A DNA stretch of 64,000 bases from Thermodesulfobacteriota bacterium (GTDB taxonomy: Bacteria; Desulfobacterota_D; UBA1144; Nemesobacterales; Mycalebacteriaceae): positions 41,881 through 105,880 of the forward strand of contig CBDAQI010000011.1 in assembly GCA_965198945.1 (NCBI GenBank). The letters run 5' to 3'. Positions 1-8,559 of this stretch are shown one piece after another. How positions within the stretch are numbered: the stretch's first letter is position 1; each line of letters starts with the position of its first letter. The position numbers and the translations under genes are program-made. Below the pieces are notes generated by a model. That model made no database searches. It worked only from the letters and a program-made list of their open reading frames with translations, and was not told the DNA's origin.

Positions 1-2
1 AC

Positions 3-77
3 AGGATTTTCCGCCCATTGGTAAAAGATTTCAATCCCGATGAATGGGAAGAATACGAAGAAGATGAGATTGAGTAA
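3..77 (+). CDS. 3' end of a CDS entering from upstream (…RIFRPLVKDFNPDEWEEYEEDEIE*)
   Basis: Open frame from the window edge to TAA at 75-77, directly before the next ATG; acidic C-terminal tail. Confidence 0.6.
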   Translation, partial: RIFRPLVKDFNPDEWEEYEEDEIE

Positions 78-79
78 AA

Positions 80-412
80 ATGTGTGCGGCAAGCCTTTCG
101 GGTATTTTCAAGACTTTTCTTTCCGATTTTCCCGGAGATAAACCGGATTCAGTTTTCACTGATTTTGAAATCGCCGTCAAAAACAAAAAATACGACATTC
201 AGGACATGACAATAATTGAGGCGGTTCTGAAAGAGGACAGAGACTCTCTCAAAGAGTCTTTTATTGAAGGATTTTCAAACTATGAAAAGTCCGCCGGTTC
301 GGCTGACTGGAACGCGGAAAAGTCCGCAAAGGCGATTGAGATTTTTCTTGCGTCTCTTGACGGTCTTGTGAACTATTACTATAGCAACACAATTGCGGGT
401 CAGTTTTCCTGA
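80..412 (+). CDS. hypothetical protein
   Basis: 110-aa ORF tightly packed between the upstream CDS and gloA; no motif recognised. Confidence 0.65.
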   Translation: MCAASLSGIFKTFLSDFPGDKPDSVFTDFEIAVKNKKYDIQDMTIIEAVLKEDRDSLKESFIEGFSNYEKSAGSADWNAEKSAKAIEIFLASLDGLVNYYYSNTIAGQFS

Positions 413-424
413 AAGGAGTAATTT

Positions 425-808
425 ATGAAATACCTGCACACAATGATAAGGGTCGGAGATTTGGAAAGGTCAATCCGTTTCTATACAAATGTTTTGGGTC
501 TTGTTCATCACCGCACAACGGACTATCCGGACGGCAAGTTTTCACTCGCTTTTCTCGGTTACGGTAACGAAACCGAGCCGTTTCTTGAACTCACTTACAA
601 TTACGGAGTGACTGAATACGAACACGGCGGCGGATACGGGCATATGGCGTTTGCAGTTGAAGACATATACGCCGCGTGTGAAAAGATTTCCGAACTTGGC
701 GGAAAGGTTGTTCGCGCTCCCGGGCCGATGAAACACGGCAAAACTGTGATTGCCTTTGTGGAAGACCCTGACGGGTACAAAGTTGAGCTGATAGAAAGAA
801 ATTCATAG
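425..808 (+). CDS. gloA: lactoylglutathione lyase (glyoxalase I)
   Basis: [45 protein letters not shown]; AGGAG RBS. Confidence 0.95.
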   Translation: MKYLHTMIRVGDLERSIRFYTNVLGLVHHRTTDYPDGKFSLAFLGYGNETEPFLELTYNYGVTEYEHGGGYGHMAFAVEDIYAACEKISELGGKVVRAPGPMKHGKTVIAFVEDPDGYKVELIERNS

Positions 809-881
809 ATACCGCATATTTCTCAAAAAACACTCCTGAATAATCTCTTTTTCAAACGCGGCAAGGCAACTGCCGTCTCAT

Positions 882-916
882 AAGCCCCTTTGAACAAACG
901 GGCTTCTTATTTTTTT
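882..916 (+). terminator. probable intrinsic terminator after gloA
   Basis: Stem AAGCCC-c-TTTG/CAAA-c-GGGCTT followed by a T-tract. Confidence 0.55.
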
Positions 917-926
917 CTTCTTGTTT

Positions 927-956
927 TTGCCAAGGGAAACAGTTTTTCCCTATAAC
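927..956 (+). promoter_or_regulatory. putative sigma70 promoter with a palindromic operator in the spacer
   Basis: TTGCCA-N18-TATAAC; spacer contains GGGAAA-N5-TTTCCC (934-950); RBS AGGAG before ATG 996. Confidence 0.45.
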
Positions 957-995
957 AGTGCATAACCAAAATTTAATTCATAGGAGGATAATACT

Positions 996-2501
996 ATGGG
1001 AACAAATTGGAAACTAAACAGTGTGTTTAACGGCGATGTGGAATTGTCCAAGGAAGACACTTACCGCAATATCAGAGACTATGCGGTTCCGGAAGACAGG
1101 ATGCTGATGATTACGGCACGATTGAAATACAGGGTGTTCCATCCTTTTTCCAGAGCACTATACCCACCAGCAAAGACACAGACTTTTGCCGGTATGGTTT
1201 CGTCCAACTTTCTGAGGGAAAGGGTTATCAGATACTTGGAGCTGGAATGCGGGCAGTTTAATATCCAGAGAGCGGTTTTGCGTGATTTTGACACGAAACT
1301 TATGGTAAAAACTCAATGGGGCAGCCATCAGCTGCAGATTTCAAGAGAGGATAACGGGCAGTCGCCCTTTGCTCCGGTGGACAGCGCTGTTTACTCTGAA
1401 AACAACAGTGTGAGAGTGCGGGTTTTTGAAGTCGGTTTGGAGTTGTCCGATGATGTCGTAACTCAATCCGCAATAGCCGATGATTCGGTCGGGTTGGAAC
1501 AGCTTGCGCATGGGACGGCGAACAAGTTTCTGGGCTTTGATGAGAGCGGAAATCCGGTGGAGAAAGACGGTTTGTCTTCTACTGCAAGCGGAACATTAGA
1601 ATGGCGTAATGAATGTGCGGCGGGTGAATCATATTCAGGCACGGCTCCACAATCATTGGTTAGATATGCATCTGACGGCAATGTGTATATCTGCACTCAA
1701 AGTCATACTTCAGTTGCAACACAAACTCCGTCTGCAATTACAATTCCCGGTGCCACTTGGCAGATGGGTGTAGAGCGGCACTGTTTGGGTATTCGTTCAA
1801 CAACTGTTGCTGATACAAGAGGTGCTGTTACTGAAATTCCTTCGTTGCCTGTTAAAATTAGAAGAAAAAACACAGGAGCTATTTTTGATTTTTATATATG
1901 TGTAGAGGCGCAAAGATCTGTTGGAAGTGGACACGGGTTACTTGGGATAACTTTATCAATTTGTGATGGTAATTCCGCCGCACCTTTTGACGATGGAAAT
2001 GCCTTTAATGGTAGAAATGGAGTAAAACGACTTACTATCGGTGATATAGAAATTTCTCCTTTTGATGATTATCGTCAGTTCAGAGAGAATATGTATCACA
2101 TTTATGAAGACGATACTCCGGGTGATAGATCCCAATTTGAGAATTTAGGCGCAGACGGTTCAGATGTGGTTATTTCTCTGCCGACAGACCAACCGTTTGA
2201 GTTTGTGCAGTATCCGGCTGTAAACGTTCCCGGCAGCACAGAGGGCAGTAACTTTTGGCAATTATTCAGCGGGCCGGGAGACGGATTAAAAAACACTTAT
2301 TCGGCTTTTATAAGAAGTTCTTCAACTCCTTCCGTGCCGACAAGCATATCTGTAACAAACGGAGATGTTACAACCGTGGCCGGAACCGGCTGGTCAACTT
2401 CAGTGCCGTCCGGCAGTGCCAAGTTGTGGGAGGCGCGGGTGCGCTCGTCAACGGTCAGTGGAACCGTTACCGGAGGATTTACACTCATTCCATATGGATA
2501 A
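996..2501 (+). CDS. phage tail-fibre/adhesin-like protein with a CBM5/12-like module
   Basis: Fibre-type segments: AIADDSVGLEQLA; LEWRNECAAGESY…VRYASDGNVYICTQSHTS…PG…NFWQL; PSVPT…GWSTSVPSGSAKLW. Confidence 0.6.
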   Translation: MGTNWKLNSVFNGDVELSKEDTYRNIRDYAVPEDRMLMITARLKYRVFHPFSRALYPPAKTQTFAGMVSSNFLRERVIRYLELECGQFNIQRAVLRDFDTKLMVKTQWGSHQLQISREDNGQSPFAPVDSAVYSENNSVRVRVFEVGLELSDDVVTQSAIADDSVGLEQLAHGTANKFLGFDESGNPVEKDGLSSTASGTLEWRNECAAGESYSGTAPQSLVRYASDGNVYICTQSHTSVATQTPSAITIPGATWQMGVERHCLGIRSTTVADTRGAVTEIPSLPVKIRRKNTGAIFDFYICVEAQRSVGSGHGLLGITLSICDGNSAAPFDDGNAFNGRNGVKRLTIGDIEISPFDDYRQFRENMYHIYEDDTPGDRSQFENLGADGSDVVISLPTDQPFEFVQYPAVNVPGSTEGSNFWQLFSGPGDGLKNTYSAFIRSSSTPSVPTSISVTNGDVTTVAGTGWSTSVPSGSAKLWEARVRSSTVSGTVTGGFTLIPYG

Positions 2502-2544
2502 TCCAATTGCAGGACAATGGTAACGGTTGAGGTGAAACCAAATT

Positions 2545-2570
2545 GAAGGGGAGGCAAAAACCTCCCCTTC
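2545..2570. terminator. hairpin terminator between convergent genes
   Basis: Perfect 10-bp stem GAAGGGGAGG-caaaaa-CCTCCCCTTC. Confidence 0.75.
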
Positions 2571-2627
2571 GGTTTATTCAGGCGGTTTAATAATGTTTTT
2601 GAGAGGATTCTGTGGCCGCCTTTTATA

Positions 2628-2659
2628 CTGGATTCCCGGCCCGTTTTCACAAAAATGAC
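2628..2659. repeat. degenerate CGTC-type REP palindrome copy
   Basis: CTGGATTCCCGGCCCGTTTTCAC…AATGAC matches the elements at 19.0-21.3 kb. Confidence 0.55.
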
Positions 2660-2719
2660 AGTGGTTTAGACGTCACTGAAAAGAATTTTGCTTATGACGC
2701 ACCTTATATTTTTTCATTC

Positions 2720-4366
2720 CTACCTGAAAAACTGTTTCGCCCTGAGAGTTTTGTGATAGCCAAGAGCGAAACGGTGCGCTTCGTCCCTTATTTTCATCAG
2801 CAGAAAAAGCCCTTCCTTGTTTTTGACCGGCGTCCAGGGAGTTTTTCTGCCGGGTGTGTAAATTGCGTCTTCCCGATCATTTTTACGCCCCTTGGCAATG
2901 GCGGCAATGTCAGCCGCGCCGTAAACGCCCGCGTTCTTCATTGTATCAACCGCCGCGGACAACTGCCCCTTGCCGCCGTCTATGAGAAGCAGGTCCGGCA
3001 ACTCCCAGCCGGGTTCGTCCACTCTCTTGAACCGTCTTGAAAGCATCTCTCTTATTCCCGCAAAGTCATCCTGCCCGGAAACGGTTTTTATTTTGTAGCG
3101 TTTGTAACGTTTTTTGTCCGGTTCGGCGTCGATAAATCTCACGAGCGACCCGGTTGTCTCCCTGCCTTGGGTGTTTGATATGTCAAAACATTCTATTGAA
3201 CGGGGAATTTTTGACAGTTTCAGAGATTTCTTCAGAACTGACAGGACATCCTTATCCTTTTCTTCCCTGAGCTGTTTTCTTCTGAGAGTCTCCGCAGCAT
3301 TTTCTCCCGCGAGACGCAGAAGTTTCATTCTCGCACCTCTTTTCGGGGCGACTATTTTTACCGAACCGCCGCGTTTTTCCGCCAGCCATTCTTCATATAT
3401 ATGTTTGTACTCCGGAGCGGAAGGAACCACTATTTCAGGCGGAACCCCTCTGCCGCCATCATAAAACCTTCCCAGAAACTCTCCGAGAGCGCCGGAAAAG
3501 CACACTCCCGTGTTTTTCGCCGAGAGCTCCGCCTTGTCCACAATTCCGCCGTCCCTCTGGAAAAGAACCACAAACTCAAAATTTTCTTCGTCCGCCGCCA
3601 TCTCTATGATGTCTTTGTCCGTGAAACTTGAAGGGGAAATCTTTTCAAATCCGCCGTTTTCTCCGAGCGCTTCCAACTGGTCTCTATAGTATGAGGCGTC
3701 TTCGTATCTCATTTCATCTGAGGCGTTTCTCATCTTTTCTTTAAGAAATTTTACGGCGTTTTTCCCGTCGCCTTTGAGAAACGCTTCCGCTTTTACACAC
3801 AGAGCGCGGTATTGCGTTTTGTCTATCATGCCGGCGCACGGGCCTGAGCAGAGACGCATATCATAGTTAAGGCACGGGCGGTTTTTGTGTCGTTTGAACT
3901 TGTTGTTTGAGCAGTCTCTCACTGAAAAAAGTTTGTGGACGAGTTTCGCATTTTTTTTCAGCCCGCCGCCGCGTGAAAACGGTCCGAAATAGGATGCGCC
4001 ATCCGCATTTACACGCCGGGTTATTGAGAGCCGCGGGAATTCCTCGTTCATTGAGAGCCGCAGAGAGGCGTAGGTTTTATCGTCTTTCAACTGTATGTTG
4101 AACTTCGGTTTGTGTTTTTTAATGAGTGAGTTTTCAAGTATGAGGGCTTCGTGTTCGTCGCCGGAAAGGATGTAATCAATATTTGCCGTTTCACCCATGA
4201 GGTATGAAATCTGCGGCCTTGAGTCTTTTTTCCGGCTGAAATACGATCTTACGCGGCTTTTCAAATTTGCCGCTTTACCGATGTAAATAACCCGCCCGCC
4301 CGAGTTTTTCATCATATAAACACCGCAGGAAGACGGCAGTGATTCATAATTCATATTCTCCGGCAT
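2720..4366 (-). CDS. uvrC: excinuclease ABC subunit C (no C-terminal HhH domain)
   Basis: GIY-YIG (GVYMM…YIGKAANLKSRVRSYF), Cys-rich region, UVR, RNase H-like (IECFDISN, PDLLLIDGGKGQL, IRDEAHRFA); start trimmed to ATG 4366. Confidence 0.95.
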   Translation of the reverse strand: MPENMNYESLPSSCGVYMMKNSGGRVIYIGKAANLKSRVRSYFSRKKDSRPQISYLMGETANIDYILSGDEHEALILENSLIKKHKPKFNIQLKDDKTYASLRLSMNEEFPRLSITRRVNADGASYFGPFSRGGGLKKNAKLVHKLFSVRDCSNNKFKRHKNRPCLNYDMRLCSGPCAGMIDKTQYRALCVKAEAFLKGDGKNAVKFLKEKMRNASDEMRYEDASYYRDQLEALGENGGFEKISPSSFTDKDIIEMAADEENFEFVVLFQRDGGIVDKAELSAKNTGVCFSGALGEFLGRFYDGGRGVPPEIVVPSAPEYKHIYEEWLAEKRGGSVKIVAPKRGARMKLLRLAGENAAETLRRKQLREEKDKDVLSVLKKSLKLSKIPRSIECFDISNTQGRETTGSLVRFIDAEPDKKRYKRYKIKTVSGQDDFAGIREMLSRRFKRVDEPGWELPDLLLIDGGKGQLSAAVDTMKNAGVYGAADIAAIAKGRKNDREDAIYTPGRKTPWTPVKNKEGLFLLMKIRDEAHRFALGYHKTLRAKQFFR

Positions 4367-4376
4367 CACTGATTGT

Positions 4377-4406
4377 ATTTTAACATTCGGTAAAATTCCG
4401 TTGCAA
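4377..4406 (-). promoter_or_regulatory. putative uvrC promoter
   Basis: Minus strand TTGCAA-N18-TAAAAT with extended -10 TGn, 10 nt upstream of the ATG. Confidence 0.5.
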
Positions 4407-4445
4407 AAATACCCGGCGCATCGGCGCAGAAAAAAGGCAATGCTC

Positions 4446-4538
4446 CTGATTGGTCTGACTGGCGGCGAGTGGTGGATGCGGGTCTCAGGTTGTGTCACCC
4501 GCCGCGGCAAGAGGAATTAGCCCGGAAGGCTGTATCAG
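4446..4538. ncRNA. candidate structured RNA of unknown family
   Basis: GC-rich intergenic block with nested pairings: CTGATTGGTCT/AGGCTGTATCAG, GCGGCGAGTG/CACCCGCCGC, GATGCGG/TTGTGTC, TAGCC/GGCTG. Confidence 0.35.
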
Positions 4539-4551
4539 AAATCCCGGTTTT

Positions 4552-5973
4552 TCAAATTTTCCGTGCTGCGGCTATGAAAAACGCCGCAATTGAATTGAAA
4601 GACAGGAGCAGAAGATCCAGACGCAGCCCCGAAACAACATTCGGTACGAATCCGAAAAGCGACATCAAAAACAGAATTAAACTCACGGCGGTTAATGACG
4701 GAAGCGCGGTTCCGTATTTTTGCTTCCCGCTCATGATTGACAGGAGAATCATGGGCGCCATAAGAGCGGTTCCCATAAAGCCTTTCACCGCAAGTGTTAT
4801 GAGGTCATCCGGGCTTTTGATTGCAAGAATGAAGGACGCCGCGCAGAAAACAAGAATTACAATTTTAACAAAAACAATCGGAGACATTCTCAATTTTTCG
4901 CTTATTCTTCCGAGCGCATTGTTTATCTCAGAGCCAAGCGCAAAAAACTGTGAGTCTGAAGTTGACATTGCGGCGGCGAGTATCCCTATAAGTGCTATTG
5001 CGCCTATTACGGCATTTTGTTCAAGGATAAGTTTTCCTATGAAGTCCGGCCCGCTTTCGGCGGTCATTGCAACCGCACCGTAAAGACCGATTATAAGTCC
5101 CGCAATTAAGAGAAGAAAAGTGAAAGAGGCGTGCAGAACCGGCACCTTGCGCCTTTCATTCATGCCTTTGAGAATTGAAAGTCTTGAAGTCAGCTGGGGC
5201 TGCGAAACCGGAAGTAGAACAATTGATATGAGGCCCGCAAGAAGCCACTGGGTTGACAGAAGACTCTTCGGGCCGGGTACGGACAGAAGGGCGGGGTTTG
5301 TGATTTTTACGGTCTCAATGAGCTCTCCAAGTCCGCCGAATTTGGAAAGAACCACCGCCGCCATTATCCATATAACGGTAAACAGCATTATTCCCTGAAG
5401 CGCGTCGCAATACATTATTCCCCTGAGTCCTCCGATGGAAGAGTAGAAAAACATGAGAGCGAGAATAAGAAGAGCCCACCCCCATTGGGGAATGTGATAG
5501 GGGACAACAGCCGAAAGAAGGCCTGACGCCCCCTTTATCTGTATGGCTATGTAGGGAACAAGAAAAATTACAAGGCCCATTACATAAACCGTCACCCCGA
5601 TTCCGCCGAAAGTTTTGCGCAGCAGGTCTGAAATGCTCCGGAAGTCTGACGAAGCCACCCTCTCTCTCAGTTTGAAAGCGAGCCAGAGTGTGAAGACCGC
5701 CAGAGCCATGTCCGTTACGCCGAGGAATATCCATGTTCCCACACCGTGAACCCTGAAGAAGTTGGGCATTCCTATCAGAATGAAAGTGCTGTAAAGGGTT
5801 GCGAAGAATGTGAGGAACCCTATTATCGTTCCGAGGTTTCCTCCCGCGAGGAAAAATTCGCGCTCATCCCCTTCCGTTCCGCTTTTATTCTTTCTGTTGC
5901 CGACTACGGCAAGAGTTATAAGAACCGCCAGATAGACGGCTCCGACCGCGATGAATGTTGCTCCCTTGCTCAC
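4552..5973 (-). CDS. sodium:solute symporter (SSS/SLC5 family)
   Basis: Multi-TM protein; EFFLAGGNLG, YSSIGGLRGIMYCDALQG, ILAAAMSTSDSQ. Confidence 0.9.
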   Translation of the reverse strand: MSKGATFIAVGAVYLAVLITLAVVGNRKNKSGTEGDEREFFLAGGNLGTIIGFLTFFATLYSTFILIGMPNFFRVHGVGTWIFLGVTDMALAVFTLWLAFKLRERVASSDFRSISDLLRKTFGGIGVTVYVMGLVIFLVPYIAIQIKGASGLLSAVVPYHIPQWGWALLILALMFFYSSIGGLRGIMYCDALQGIMLFTVIWIMAAVVLSKFGGLGELIETVKITNPALLSVPGPKSLLSTQWLLAGLISIVLLPVSQPQLTSRLSILKGMNERRKVPVLHASFTFLLLIAGLIIGLYGAVAMTAESGPDFIGKLILEQNAVIGAIALIGILAAAMSTSDSQFFALGSEINNALGRISEKLRMSPIVFVKIVILVFCAASFILAIKSPDDLITLAVKGFMGTALMAPMILLSIMSGKQKYGTALPSLTAVSLILFLMSLFGFVPNVVSGLRLDLLLLSFNSIAAFFIAAARKI

Positions 5974-5981
5974 CTTACAGT

Positions 5982-6185
5982 TTATTCTTCCCTTGAAGTC
6001 AGCATTGCAACCACAAGCACAATGTAGATTGCAAGAGAAATTCCCATGCTTACCCAGAGAGTTCTCGGCAGACCCAGCAGATAGGGTTCTGGGTTTCCTT
6101 GGGGAATCACCGCCGGAATAAAAGCCAGGGCTGTGAGAAAAATCGTGACGGGAATGAAAATTTTCCAGCGTTTTGAGTTCTTCAT
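5982..6185 (-). CDS. small 2-TM membrane protein accessory to the SSS transporter
   Basis: 67 aa, PEPYLLGLPRTLW motif, directly upstream of the SSS gene. Confidence 0.75.
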   Translation of the reverse strand: MKNSKRWKIFIPVTIFLTALAFIPAVIPQGNPEPYLLGLPRTLWVSMGISLAIYIVLVVAMLTSREE

Positions 6186-6258
6186 ATTAGCACTTTCCGC
6201 CGTCCGCTTTATAAGACTCTACATATTATGTAATAATGTTGCCGGGTTTTACAAACAA

Positions 6259-7593
6259 ATGAAACGGAAGAACGCCGGGAAAGAAACGCCTTTGCTTTAC
6301 ATTGAAACCTACGGGTGTCAGATGAATGAGTATGACTCCGACAGAATACGGGCGGCGCTTGGAGCCCGGAAAACACCCGACCCTTCTCTTGCCGATTACA
6401 TAGTGGTGAACACCTGCGCCATCAGACAGAAAGCCGATCACAAAGCTTTCAGCAGCGTGGGAAAGTTCAAAAATCTGAAACAAAAAAATCCCGGAGTTGT
6501 AATAGGGATGGCGGGTTGCGTGGCTCAGTTATACGGGGATGCTCTGTTGAAAAAAAATCCGCATCTTGATTTTGTCATCGGTCCGCGTTCAATACCGAAA
6601 CTCCCCGCTCTAATAGACGACATAGAGCGCTCAAGAGAAAATGAAAGCGCGGGCAGGTCGGAAACCTCTTTTGATGTTGAAGAGACTTTTGCAATCTCCC
6701 CGGCGCATGAAAAATCAAAAGTCGGCGCGTTTGTGTCCGTTCAGCAGGGCTGTAATAAGAAATGTGCCTACTGCATAGTGCCGACCGTCAGAGGCGCGGA
6801 GATTAACAGGCCTCTGGAAGGAATAATGGAAGAAACACGGATGCTTGTGTCAAAAGGGGCGAAAGAAATAACTTTTGTCGGTCAAACGGTCAACTCCTGG
6901 AAGCATGACGGTAAAAGATTCGGAGACCTTCTGCATACGGCCGGGGAAATTGAAGGGCTTGAAAGGATTCGTTTTACAACCCCGTATCCGCGAGACATAA
7001 CAAGGAAGATGGTTGAAGCGATGAGCGATGTTAAAAAGGTATGCCGCCACATCCACCTCCCGGTTCAGTCCGGTTCTGACAGGGTGTTGAAACAGATGAA
7101 CCGCACTTATACCGTGAAATGGTATCTTGAGGCCGTTGACAGGCTCAGGGACTTTGTTCCCGACATAGCGGTTTCAACTGATGTGATAATCGGGTTTCCG
7201 GGAGAAACCGACGAGGATTTTGCCCGAACAATGAATTTGCTTGATAAAGTGCGTTTTGACAGCTCTTTTTCATTCAAGTTTTCCCCGCGTCCCGGAACTC
7301 CCGCCGCTGACTCCGCAGAGCGGGTCAGCCCTGATGTGGCGGAAAGCCGCCTCTCCGTTTTTCAGGAAAGGCAGAGAGAGATTACTCTTGAAAGCAACCG
7401 TGAAAGAGAGGGCAGGGAAGAGGAAGTGCTTGTGTCCGGAGAGGGCAGGCACGGAAGCGGCTGGATGACGGGACGAACAACACACAACAGAATAGTTAAT
7501 TTCATCGGAGCCCCAAGCTTGACCGGAACTCTTGCGAAAGTGCTTGTTAAAGACGGCCTTCCCAATTCCCTTCGCGGGGAGCTTGTTTCGTGA
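6259..7593 (+). CDS. miaB: tRNA-2-methylthio-N6-dimethylallyladenosine synthase
   Basis: IETYGCQMNEYDS, NTCAIR, GCVAQ, radical SAM CNKKCAYC, HLPVQSGSD, TRAM domain. Confidence 0.95.
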   Translation: MKRKNAGKETPLLYIETYGCQMNEYDSDRIRAALGARKTPDPSLADYIVVNTCAIRQKADHKAFSSVGKFKNLKQKNPGVVIGMAGCVAQLYGDALLKKNPHLDFVIGPRSIPKLPALIDDIERSRENESAGRSETSFDVEETFAISPAHEKSKVGAFVSVQQGCNKKCAYCIVPTVRGAEINRPLEGIMEETRMLVSKGAKEITFVGQTVNSWKHDGKRFGDLLHTAGEIEGLERIRFTTPYPRDITRKMVEAMSDVKKVCRHIHLPVQSGSDRVLKQMNRTYTVKWYLEAVDRLRDFVPDIAVSTDVIIGFPGETDEDFARTMNLLDKVRFDSSFSFKFSPRPGTPAADSAERVSPDVAESRLSVFQERQREITLESNREREGREEEVLVSGEGRHGSGWMTGRTTHNRIVNFIGAPSLTGTLAKVLVKDGLPNSLRGELVS

Positions 7594-8555
7594 AAAAGAC
7601 GGAAAAAACCGTCGCCCTTATAAGTCCGCGCGGTTTCTGCGCCGGTGTGGAGAGGGCCATAGCGATTGTTGAAAAAGTTTTGGAGAAGCATGGGCCTCCA
7701 ATCTACGTCAAACATGAGATAGTTCACAACAAAACGGTTGTTGAAGATTTCAAAAGACGGGGCGTGATTTTTATTGAGAATCCGGGCGAAGTTCCCTCCG
7801 GGATGCCCATAGTTTATTCCGCCCACGGAGTTTCGCGTGCGGTTAGGCGTGCGGCTGAAGAAAGGGGTCTGGAAATATATGACGCCACATGTCCTCTCGT
7901 TTCAAGGATTCACGCCGAAGTCTCGCGTTTGCGCTCAAATGGTTACGAAATTGTGATGATAGGGCACAGGGGTCATCCCGAAGTGGAGGGAACCCTCGGC
8001 CAGTCTGACGGTGGGATCCACCTTGTTGAAAATGAAAGTGATATAGCCGCGCTCAAAGTTAAAGACCCTTTGAAACTTGGATATGTTACGCAGACCACCC
8101 TTTCCGTGGACGACACGCGGGCTCTTGTCAGCCTGCTCCGCGAAAAATTTCCCCATATACGCCTGCCCAAAAAAGACGATATTTGTTATGCGACGCAAAA
8201 CCGCCAGGACGCGGTGAAAAAATGGGCCTCGGATTGTGATGTTGTTTTTGTGGTGGGCTCTGAAACAAGCTCTAACTCAAACCGTCTGAAAGAAGTCGCC
8301 CAGCTGCTCGGAGCGAGGGCTTATCTTGTGGACAGCGCGGAGGATATAGACCCGGAATGGCTCCGGGGAGTTAAAAAAATAGGCCTTACGGCCGGGGCTT
8401 CGGCTCCGGAAAGAATAGTGGAAAATACTGCGTCCCGTTTGCGCGGATGGATGGACGGGGCGGTTGTAAAAGAGTTGGAAGTGGTCAAAGAAGACGTTCA
8501 TTTCAGTGTGCCGAAAACTCTTCTCCGCGATTCGGAATCTCTTAATCGTCCCTGA
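7590..8555 (+). CDS. ispH: 4-hydroxy-3-methylbut-2-enyl diphosphate reductase
   Basis: PRGFCAGVERAI, HEIVHN, DATCPLV, DICYATQNRQ, SSNSNRL, TAGASAP. Confidence 0.97.
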   Translation: MKKTEKTVALISPRGFCAGVERAIAIVEKVLEKHGPPIYVKHEIVHNKTVVEDFKRRGVIFIENPGEVPSGMPIVYSAHGVSRAVRRAAEERGLEIYDATCPLVSRIHAEVSRLRSNGYEIVMIGHRGHPEVEGTLGQSDGGIHLVENESDIAALKVKDPLKLGYVTQTTLSVDDTRALVSLLREKFPHIRLPKKDDICYATQNRQDAVKKWASDCDVVFVVGSETSSNSNRLKEVAQLLGARAYLVDSAEDIDPEWLRGVKKIGLTAGASAPERIVENTASRLRGWMDGAVVKELEVVKEDVHFSVPKTLLRDSESLNRP

Positions 8556-8559
8556 TAAA

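Noticed and set aside
858-876. Small CGGCA…TGCCG hairpin upstream of a terminator (riboswitch-like layout)
   Set aside because: Too short, no recognisable aptamer consensus, and the next gene has its own promoter downstream of the terminator
996-2501. Prophage or diversity-generating retroelement target
   Set aside because: No integrase, capsid, terminase or reverse transcriptase, and no template/variable repeat pair in the window
4367-4510. Long N-terminal extensions in the ORF track (uvrC, also miaB, rnr, fusA, alr, smpB, metF)
   Set aside because: They come from upstream alternative start codons; homology, RBS or promoter positions support the shorter starts
4446-4538. TPP riboswitch, SAM-I riboswitch or SRP RNA assignment
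   Set aside because: Only fragments match (GGGTG…CTGAGA on minus; GAGG…GCCC; CCGGAAGG); the remaining conserved cores are absent
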